From positions 13,653 through 77,652 of the forward strand of contig CAZLBP010000014.1 of assembly GCA_964557855.1 (NCBI GenBank): DNA of 64,000 nt, in the 5' to 3' direction. A program made the translations under genes and the position numbers. This document shows positions 37,840 to 44,263 of the stretch, piece by piece (positions within the stretch are counted from its first letter, which is position 1; each line of letters opens with the position of its first letter). The notes beneath the pieces were generated by a model. That model saw only the letters and a program-made list of their open reading frames with translations, made no database searches and was not told where the DNA came from. Source of the DNA: an uncultured Ignavibacteriales bacterium. GTDB lineage: Bacteria > Zixibacteria > MSB-5A5 > GN15 > FEB-12.

Positions 37840-38784
37840 ATGGCAGCCTTTTCAAGATCTGATGCTTCGGAGATAAAATCATACGACGAGATTGTCGAGC
37901 GCGCCAGGGCGCATACCGAGACAAAGAAACCTCGCGCGGCGATAATCGAACCAGCGCATGGACACTACTTTCGGGCTTTCTCGCGCGCTGTGGAAAACGG
38001 TCTCATAGAGCCGGTTGTGATTGTCGGCGATCGGGAGAAGACAGAGAAGTCGGCCAAGGCGACCGGATTTGATTTACAGGCTGTGACGCTGGTTGAAAGC
38101 AGCGCCGGGGATGCATCCGTGCGGACGGCGTTAAAGATGGTCGGCTCGGACGAAATTGATCTCATCGTGCGCGGTTCGGTGCCGACCGACCTGTTCATGC
38201 ACGCACTGTTCGAAGCGGAAGGCGGTTTCGTGAGGAAGGGCCGCCTGGTTTCGCACGTGGCAACCATCAAGCCGGAACGGTACGGCAAGGTGATCCTTTT
38301 GACGGATGCGCTTGTCAACGTGGCTCCGAGTCTCAAGACCAAACTCGGGCTGGTTCAAAACCTCACGGCGGTGGGTCAAGCCATCGGTCTTGAGACGGCG
38401 CGGATTGCGGTACTGGCGGCGGTCGAAGTAGTCTACCCACAGATGCCGGTGACTGTCGACGGAGCGGTGCTGGCCAAGATGTCTGACCGGCATCAGTTCA
38501 AGGGCTGCTTTGTCGATGGTCCGCTCTCCTTTGATTGCGCCGTCGATCCGGTCGCTGCGGAGTCGAAAGGGATCACGAATTCGGAAGTGGCCGGTCGGGC
38601 CAATGCCATGCTGGCGCCGAATATTGAGACGGCCCACGGTATTTACAAGGCGATGGCCTTATACGGCAAGGCACAGATGGGCGGTGTTATTCATGGCGGA
38701 GTGGTCCCCGTTGCGATTGCGGCGCGGTCGGATTCGGAAGAGACGATTTTTAATTCGATAGCATTAGCGGTGTTGATGAGATAG
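37840..38784 (+). CDS. Second PTA_PTB-family phosphate acyltransferase paralogue
   Basis: 314 aa, collinear with the preceding gene (PRAAIIEPAH...VIVGD...DLIVRG...ARSD). Confidence 0.75.
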   Translation: MAAFSRSDASEIKSYDEIVERARAHTETKKPRAAIIEPAHGHYFRAFSRAVENGLIEPVVIVGDREKTEKSAKATGFDLQAVTLVESSAGDASVRTALKMVGSDEIDLIVRGSVPTDLFMHALFEAEGGFVRKGRLVSHVATIKPERYGKVILLTDALVNVAPSLKTKLGLVQNLTAVGQAIGLETARIAVLAAVEVVYPQMPVTVDGAVLAKMSDRHQFKGCFVDGPLSFDCAVDPVAAESKGITNSEVAGRANAMLAPNIETAHGIYKAMALYGKAQMGGVIHGGVVPVAIAARSDSEETIFNSIALAVLMR

Positions 38785-38790
38785 ATTTAC

Positions 38791-38853
38791 AGGGCACGGC
38801 CGGAATAGACCTGTTTCTCTGATGGCAGGTCTGAAGCAGATCTGCCCTACAAG
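38791..38853 (+). repeat. 63-nt direct repeat, copy 1 (its first hairpin is degenerate)
   Basis: Matches 39224-39286 at 50 of 63 positions by hand alignment. The core GATGGCAGGYCTGAAGCAGATCTGCCCTACAA matches at 31 of 32. It contains the hairpin GGCAGGTCTG-AAG-CAGATCTGCC. Confidence 0.6.
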
Positions 38854-38872
38854 ACTTTCTGTTCAAGTGAAC

Positions 38873-38965
38873 AATGGGTTCGTTTGGAAATAGTGTTTTT
38901 TCGAGGCGGGTCTTTTCCTGAAATGGGTTCGTTTCGTAATAGCGTTTTGTTTTTGCATTTCGAGG
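38873..38965 (+). repeat. Two-unit tandem repeat with a 49-nt period
   Basis: AATGGGTTCGTTTGGAAATAGTGTTTT..TTCGAGG (38873-38906) and AATGGGTTCGTTTCGTAATAGCGTTTTGTTTTTGCATTTCGAGG (38922-38965). Confidence 0.5.
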
Positions 38966-39081
38966 TTGTGATTGTGCCGCGGAGCAGGTTGGTTGAGTCA
39001 GTTGTTTTCGGGTGATGTTTTTCGTCATGGCTTTGTTCCTTTCTTCTATTAATGGGGGGAAGTGTCGGATTCACCATCGAG

Positions 39082-39252
39082 TTTGTAGGGATTGTGCGCG
39101 GAATTGACGCAGGTGTGTCGATCTGGAGATCGACGCAGCACCACGCTAAGCGAGGTTGGGCCTCCAAGTTGGTTAGTGCCGGACAGCTCGCGAGCTGTCC
39201 CTACAAAGATGGATGTCGACAGTAGGGCAGGTCCGCTTCGGACCTGCTTTTT
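39082..39252 (+). ncRNA. Candidate structured RNA (unclassified) ending at an intrinsic terminator
   Basis: TTTGTAGGG (39082-39090) can pair with CCCTACAAA (39199-39207). That stem encloses hairpin 39114-39137 (loop TGGA) and the perfect palindrome GGACAGCTCGCGAGCTGTCC (39181-39200). A terminator follows at 39227-39252. I found no convincing promoter. Confidence 0.25.
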
Positions 39253-39286
39253 CGATGGCAGGCCTGAAGCAGATCTGCCCTACAAA
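39224..39286 (+). repeat. 63-nt direct repeat, copy 2 (includes the terminator hairpin and a second hairpin)
   Basis: See copy 1. The outer arms GTAGGGCAG (39222-39230) and CTGCCCTAC (39275-39283) are also complementary. Confidence 0.6.
39227..39252 (+). terminator. Rho-independent terminator
   Basis: GCAGGTCCG-CTT-CGGACCTGC followed by TTTTT (39248-39252). Confidence 0.65.
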
Positions 39287-39336
39287 GCTGACTGGACCGC
39301 CGCGTTCGGGCGTGTTGAAAAACCCCAGGTGCAGTT

Positions 39337-39380
39337 GTGTCGGGTCTTGAGCCCGCGACAGCGGGATTGTGACCCGACAC
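39337..39380. other. Nested hairpin: 10-bp outer stem, symmetric 5x5 internal loop, 5-bp inner stem
   Basis: GTGTCGGGTC-TTGAG-CCCGC-GACA-GCGGG-ATTGT-GACCCGACAC. Confidence 0.5.
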
Positions 39381-39400
39381 GTAACTCAATCGCAGGCAGA

Positions 39401-39453
39401 AGCGGCAGGTCACACGGATCCAGTGACGTGGATTCGCAAGACCTGCCGCAACA
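39401..39453 (+). repeat. 53-nt imperfect-hairpin repeat, copy 2
   Basis: AGCGGCAGGTCACACGGATCCAGTGACGTGGATTCGCAAGACCTGCCGCAACA. Arms GCGGCAGGTC/GACCTGCCGC and CGGATCCA/TGGATTCG pair. Copy 1 is at 21022-21074. Confidence 0.6.
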
Positions 39454-39487
39454 CACAAATTGTACTTTTTTAGCACACCCGTTCTTG

Positions 39488-39520
39488 GGGGCGACAAGAA
39501 CGAAGTAGGGGCGACAAGAA
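39488..39520 (+). repeat. 13-nt direct repeat GGGGCGACAAGAA, two copies with a 20-nt period
   Basis: Copies at 39488-39500 and 39508-39520. The first copy sits in the hairpin GTTCTT...AAGAAC. Confidence 0.4.
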
Positions 39521-39583
39521 TGACGCAGATGTGACGAGACAGCAAGAAAGCCCGAAAAACCCCGATATTCACCCAAACTTTAG

Positions 39584-39612
39584 TTGACTCCATTTTCTAA
39601 GTCCCATATCAT
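39584..39612 (+). promoter_or_regulatory. Sigma70-type promoter for the manC operon
   Basis: TTGACT (39584-39589), a 17-nt spacer, then TATCAT (39607-39612), about 32 nt before the TTG start at 39645. Confidence 0.5.
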
Positions 39613-39644
39613 CAATGCATTATAACGACCGGAAGGATTGAACT

Positions 39645-40724
39645 TTGATTTACGGTATAATACTGGCCGGCGGAAGAGGTGAACGGTTCTGGCCGCTGTC
39701 CCGAATCGCGCGGCCAAAGCAGTTCCTCAAATTGACCTCCGAGCGCACAATGCTCGACGAAACCATTGATCGTGTGCTCCCGCTCATTCCGATGGAGCAG
39801 ATTCGGATAGTGACCGGCGAAGCCATGAAAGAGCTCATCGTCACGGCGGTCGAGAACATCGAAGGCATTAATGTACTAAGTGAACCGGTCGGGCGTAACA
39901 CATCGACCGCCATTGGTTTAGCTGCGGCGCATCTAGCTAAAGAAGATCCCGATGCCGTCATGGTCGTGCTATCGGCGGATCACCTGATTCGCCCTCCGGA
40001 GAAACTCCTTCGCATTCTGAAGACGGCCGCCAATATAGCATCGGAAGAGCCGAGTCTCATAACGATCGGTATTGTACCTACCCGACCGGACACGGGCTAC
40101 GGCTACATCAAGTTGGGAGACCTGTACCGTCAGGAGAACAGTTTCTACATACATCATGTCGAGGCCTTCAAGGAAAAGCCGACAGCGCCTACCGCACACG
40201 AGTACTATTACTCCGGCAACTATCTCTGGAACAGCGGCATGTTCGTCTGGTCGGTTGCGGCTATTCTGGAGGCGTTCAAGGGGTGTCATTCTTCCTTATA
40301 TGAGCTTCTGATGGAGTACCAGGAACACATCGGCACGCCCTCGGAGACTGAGGCCAAGCAGAAACTGTACGAAAAGGCGGAAGCCATTTCGATCGATTTT
40401 GCGGTGATGGAGAAGGCGGAGAACGTCTTAACAATCAAAGCCGACATTGTCTGGGACGATGTCGGCGACTGGCGGGCGCTTGAGCGGTATAAGGAAATGG
40501 ACTCCGACAATAACGTCATTGTCGGCGAAGCCGTGACGTTGGAATCGTATGAGACCACGATCTGCAACGAGGAACCGGGCATTGTGGCGTGTCTCGGTGT
40601 TTCGGATCTGGTGGTGGTGCGCGCCGGGGAGATAACATTGGTCGCACATCGAACCAAAGTCCAGGACATCAAGAAGCTACTGGCGAAATTGAGTGATGAT
40701 GAGAAGACCTCGAAGTACTTATAG
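39645..40724 (+). CDS. manC: Mannose-1-phosphate guanylyltransferase (nucleotidyltransferase domain only)
   Basis: IILAGGRGERFWPLSRIARPKQFL...VLSADHLI...GYGYIK; TTG start. Confidence 0.8.
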   Translation: MIYGIILAGGRGERFWPLSRIARPKQFLKLTSERTMLDETIDRVLPLIPMEQIRIVTGEAMKELIVTAVENIEGINVLSEPVGRNTSTAIGLAAAHLAKEDPDAVMVVLSADHLIRPPEKLLRILKTAANIASEEPSLITIGIVPTRPDTGYGYIKLGDLYRQENSFYIHHVEAFKEKPTAPTAHEYYYSGNYLWNSGMFVWSVAAILEAFKGCHSSLYELLMEYQEHIGTPSETEAKQKLYEKAEAISIDFAVMEKAENVLTIKADIVWDDVGDWRALERYKEMDSDNNVIVGEAVTLESYETTICNEEPGIVACLGVSDLVVVRAGEITLVAHRTKVQDIKKLLAKLSDDEKTSKYL

Positions 40725-41328
40725 TCTGCTAATATCGTTCGCTGCGGTGATCACATTGCTCTTCGGCTGTTCGCTGCCGGGTCCGGTGACACAGGAAGAG
40801 CCGCAACCGTCCGAGGAGACCGACAACGAGTTGGCGCGTTTTGATCCGCTGGAGTTGCCGGGCGACCGCGAGATCATCCCCAAGAAGTACCCGATGGCCG
40901 CAGAACTGCAATTGGGGAACCCGGCTGCAGCGGAAATGGAACCGGACCGCGAACGTTTTCCCGATGTGTCGGATGTGCCGGCCGAAATCGACAGTTTGAG
41001 CAGTCAGGCGTTTTGCATCCAGCTTTTCACCAGCAAGTTGTTTGGAGAGGCCCGACATGAGCGGCAGATCGCCGAGGAGATTTTTGACCGGCCGGTGCAG
41101 GTCGACTACGAAGTGCCGTACTACAAAGTTCGAGTGGGCCGCTTTGCCGACCGGGACGGAGCGGAGGAGTACCTGCAGCGGGCGCGCACGGCCGGGTACA
41201 CCGAAGCCTGGATTGTGGTTACAAATGTCGATATACGTCAGGCGCCGCCGTTGTATCACGAGGAACCAATACCGGCCATAGACACCACCGGACACACGAC
41301 GGATTATGAACCTACTACTGATGGCTGA
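40693..41328 (+). CDS. SPOR-domain lipoprotein
   Basis: Lipobox LLFGC after a signal sequence. The C-terminus FCIQLFTSKLFGEARHE...YYKVRVGRFADRDGAEEYLQRARTAGYTEAWIV is SPOR-like. The start is GTG 40693 or ATG 40696/40699, overlapping the manC 3' end. Confidence 0.65.
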   Translation: MMMRRPRSTYSLLISFAAVITLLFGCSLPGPVTQEEPQPSEETDNELARFDPLELPGDREIIPKKYPMAAELQLGNPAAAEMEPDRERFPDVSDVPAEIDSLSSQAFCIQLFTSKLFGEARHERQIAEEIFDRPVQVDYEVPYYKVRVGRFADRDGAEEYLQRARTAGYTEAWIVVTNVDIRQAPPLYHEEPIPAIDTTGHTTDYEPTTDG

Positions 41329-41962
41329 CAGCCGCATACAGGCGATCGATCCCGATTCGCCGGAACCGGCTCATATAAAACGAGCGGTTAACATCCTCAT
41401 GGACGGCGGCGTTATAGTCGCACCGACAGAGACGAGGTACGGGCTGGTCGCGAGAGCCGATCGGGTAGATGCGGTTGACCGCATCTACGAAGTGAAGAAC
41501 CGACCGGAGAAAATGCCCATGGCAGTGTTTCTGGAGACAGTTGAATCGATTGCTGAATACGCCAATGTGAATGAATCCGCCCGACGACTGGCGAGTAAAT
41601 TTCTACCGGGACCCTTGACACTGGTACTGCCGGCAGCAGAAGGGTGGAAGAGTAGGGTGGTTTTCCAGGGTACGGTGGGAATTCGAGTGTCTTTATCGCC
41701 GGTCATTGGAGCCTTGCTGGCCGCCGTGTCCCGACCGCTCACGGCTACATCGGCGAATCTCTCCGGAGCCGTCGAACTGGCCACGGTGACACAAGTTGCG
41801 GCAGTCTTTCGCAACCGGGTAGACTTATATCTTGATGGCGGCTCCCTGACCGGACTGCCCTCGACGGTAGTCGACTGTACCGGTACAGAAGTGAAGATAC
41901 TTCGTGAAGGCGCCATCATGACGGACCGCATTCAGCAAGCTTTGGAGGGGAGGACCTCATGA
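41306..41962 (+). CDS. tsaC: L-threonylcarbamoyladenylate synthase (YrdC/Sua5 family)
   Basis: GGVIVAPTETRYGLVARAD...ATSANLSG...PSTVVDCTG. Confidence 0.85.
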   Translation: MNLLLMADSRIQAIDPDSPEPAHIKRAVNILMDGGVIVAPTETRYGLVARADRVDAVDRIYEVKNRPEKMPMAVFLETVESIAEYANVNESARRLASKFLPGPLTLVLPAAEGWKSRVVFQGTVGIRVSLSPVIGALLAAVSRPLTATSANLSGAVELATVTQVAAVFRNRVDLYLDGGSLTGLPSTVVDCTGTEVKILREGAIMTDRIQQALEGRTS

Positions 41963-42453
41963 GCGAGAGCTTCGTCATTCTCTTCGTGTGCACCGGAAAC
42001 ACCTGTCGATCACCGATGGCGGAAGGAGCTTTGCGAATGTTGCTGGAGAAGTGCGGCGTCCAGGATTTCGAAGTTATCTCGGCCGGCACGTCAGCCGCCA
42101 GCGGGTATCCGGCCACCATGTATGCTATCGAAGCGGCCAAGATATGGGATGTCGATATTTCGCGCCACCAGTCGCAGCCGCTAACCGAAGATCTGATCGA
42201 CAAAGCTGATTTGATATTGGGTATGACGTCGAATCACGTTAACGAAGTGATCAGGCTCAATCGCGACGCGAGGGAGAAGACGTTTCTCTTTAAGAATTTC
42301 CCGGACCCGAATCCGGAAGGTGAGCGGGTGGACGACCCGATCGGCCAGTCTCTTGACAAGTACAACGAGACATTTCTGGAGATTGGCGAATATCTGGGCA
42401 AGTACCTCGATGAAATAACCAAGCGAGTAAGCGAGAAAAGTAATGCGGCGTAG
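41959..42453 (+). CDS. Low-molecular-weight protein tyrosine/arginine phosphatase
   Basis: P-loop ILFVCTGNTCRSPMAEG (C-X5-R-S) and a DP motif. Adjacent to tsaC, as with ywlC-ywlE in Bacillus. Confidence 0.85.
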   Translation: MSESFVILFVCTGNTCRSPMAEGALRMLLEKCGVQDFEVISAGTSAASGYPATMYAIEAAKIWDVDISRHQSQPLTEDLIDKADLILGMTSNHVNEVIRLNRDAREKTFLFKNFPDPNPEGERVDDPIGQSLDKYNETFLEIGEYLGKYLDEITKRVSEKSNAA

Positions 42454-43282
42454 ACCCAAAATACCGGTCATCCTGTTTTCACTGTTGTTGGTACTGGGCA
42501 TATTCCCGATCGTGTATTTCGCCACGGTAGAGATGGGTATTGCCCAGGCGTCGGGCAAACCGCCCAAGCAAGTCGAGAAGAGCAATGCCCTGGATAGACA
42601 AATAGACAACGTCGCATTCGGCCTTCATGAGAAACTGTACTTCGACGTCAACTACGGTTTTATCAACGCCGGCACGGCCACCATGGAAGTGTCCCGGCTG
42701 ATCGAGTATCGGGGGCGTCCGTGTTATCAGGTGGTTACGACCGCCCAGTCCAATCGGTTCTTTTCCACGTTTTATGAAGTCAAAGATAGAGTGGAGTCGA
42801 TTGTCGATGCGGTCGGCATTTTCAGCTGGCGGTTCGAAAAGGATCTTCATGAAGGCAGCTATCGGGCCAATCGTATCAGTGAATTCGATCAGATGAACCA
42901 ACTGGCGTACCACGCAGAGGACACCGTAGAAGTACCTTTCTATGTACAGGATGCTCTGTCGGTGCTGTATTACGTGCGGACCCGGAAGCTGGAAGTGGGG
43001 CAGTCCCTGTTTGTCGACAACTTTACGGACGGCAAGCTGTATCCGCTGGAGGTAAAGGTCCTGGAGCGCGAGACGATTTCGGTCAAGGCCGGAACGTTCG
43101 ACTGTATCGTGGTTGAACCACTCTTGAAATCAGTCGGCATTTTCAAGCACGAGGGACAGCTGAAAGTGTGGTTGACCGATGACCGTCTGAAAATGCCGGT
43201 CCTGATGAAATCCAAAGTACTGGTGGGATCGATAAGCGCCGAGTTGACGGACTACGAGTTGGGCGATATCGACGTGTTCTAG
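42443..43282 (+). CDS. DUF3108-family protein
   Basis: Signal/TM helix, then EKLYFDVNYGFINAGTATMEV and a beta-rich remainder typical of DUF3108. Confidence 0.6.
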   Translation: MRRRPKIPVILFSLLLVLGIFPIVYFATVEMGIAQASGKPPKQVEKSNALDRQIDNVAFGLHEKLYFDVNYGFINAGTATMEVSRLIEYRGRPCYQVVTTAQSNRFFSTFYEVKDRVESIVDAVGIFSWRFEKDLHEGSYRANRISEFDQMNQLAYHAEDTVEVPFYVQDALSVLYYVRTRKLEVGQSLFVDNFTDGKLYPLEVKVLERETISVKAGTFDCIVVEPLLKSVGIFKHEGQLKVWLTDDRLKMPVLMKSKVLVGSISAELTDYELGDIDVF

Positions 43283-43283
43283 T

Positions 43284-44246
43284 ATGTCCTCCGAGAAAGA
43301 TAGACTTCGCCCCATGGACCTGAGTCAGGTCACCCGCTATGCATATCAGAAGAGGGCCAACAAAACGAAAATCCCGGCATTCGGCCGACCGATGGCGGCC
43401 ATAGACGAAAACGATTTCTTCGAATCGTTGCCGGATTTCCTCAAAGCTTCCGAACTGAAACAGTTTGCCGACCATGTCGCCCGGGCGCGCCAAAGCAAGA
43501 AACCCTTCCATCTCATGCTGGGTGCTCACACGATCAAGGTCGGTTTGTCGCCGATCATTATTGACCTTATTCAGCGTGAAATAGTGACCGGTTTGTCTTT
43601 TAATAGCGCCGGTATTATCCATGACCTGGAGTTGGCATTCTGGGGAGGAACGTCGGAAGACGTTCTCAGCGGGTTGCAGGACGGTTCTTTCGGCATGGTG
43701 GAGGAAACCGGAAAGCTTTTTGCCGATGTTTGCAGATTGGCGATGGCCGAACATATCGGTTTGGGGGAAGCTACCGGGCTTGTTATCAACCGAGACAAGG
43801 CGGAGCATCGGGCGCTGTCAGTTTTCGGCGTGGCTCAGGCCCTGGGTCTGCCCGTTACGGTGCACGTGGGTGTCGGCACCGACATTGTCGCACAGCACCC
43901 CGATTACGATGCCGCCGCAGCCGGGTCGGCGTCACACGTCGATTTCCGCCTCTTGTGCAGCGTTTGTGCTGAGCTCGATAGCGGCGGCGTAGTTGCTAAT
44001 ATCGGATCAGCGGTTATATTACCCGAAGTCTTTTTGAAGGCGTTGACTGTAGCGCGCAACATACATGGTGTGTCCGAGAATCTGGTGACGGCGAACTTCG
44101 ACATGATCATGCATTACCGACCGACGGAGAACGTCGTCAATCGCCCCACCCACAAGTCTGGTCGAGGTTATTCCTTTGTCGGTCATCATGAGATAATGGT
44201 GCCGCTGCTGGCCTGGATTCTCAGGCAAGTGTGTAAAACAGGCTAA
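43284..44246 (+). CDS. Deoxyhypusine-synthase-like (DHS fold) protein of unknown function
   Basis: Collinear weak similarity to DHS segments: LGAHTIKVGLSPIIIDLIQREIVTGLSFNSAGIIHDLE (cf. [34 protein letters not shown]) and GGVVANIGSAVILPE (cf. ILGGGVVKHH). Confidence 0.4.
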   Translation: MSSEKDRLRPMDLSQVTRYAYQKRANKTKIPAFGRPMAAIDENDFFESLPDFLKASELKQFADHVARARQSKKPFHLMLGAHTIKVGLSPIIIDLIQREIVTGLSFNSAGIIHDLELAFWGGTSEDVLSGLQDGSFGMVEETGKLFADVCRLAMAEHIGLGEATGLVINRDKAEHRALSVFGVAQALGLPVTVHVGVGTDIVAQHPDYDAAAAGSASHVDFRLLCSVCAELDSGGVVANIGSAVILPEVFLKALTVARNIHGVSENLVTANFDMIMHYRPTENVVNRPTHKSGRGYSFVGHHEIMVPLLAWILRQVCKTG

Positions 44247-44263
44247 CACAAACGGAGAAGCAT

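Noticed and set aside
38791-39286. Integron attC / cassette interpretation of the 63-nt repeats with complementary ends.
   Set aside because: attC sites read 5'-RYYYAAC...GTTRRRY-3'. Here the arms are in the opposite arrangement (5'-GTAGGGC...GCCCTAC-3'), and the third base of the core deviates. There is no intI integrase or cassette ORF.
38785-39583. CRISPR array or known housekeeping RNA (tmRNA, RNase P, SRP, 6S).
   Set aside because: The repeats occur only twice, with irregular spacing and different lengths, and there are no cas genes. I could not find the RNase P GAGGAAAGUCC box, tmRNA tRNA-like ends, or an SRP domain IV. The CAGGCCTGAAGCAG stretch only superficially resembles it and is duplicated.
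38750-39593. Track ORFs inside the non-coding island: 39092..39508 +, 38750..39028 -, 38847..39167 -, 39201..39593 - and 39280..39576 -.
   Set aside because: They read through perfect palindromes, the terminator and the repeat copies. They overlap one another in different frames and have low-complexity, Arg/Cys/Ser-rich sequences with no motifs. Only 38750..39028 has a weak AGGAA upstream. I treat them as non-coding, but conservation analysis could overturn this.
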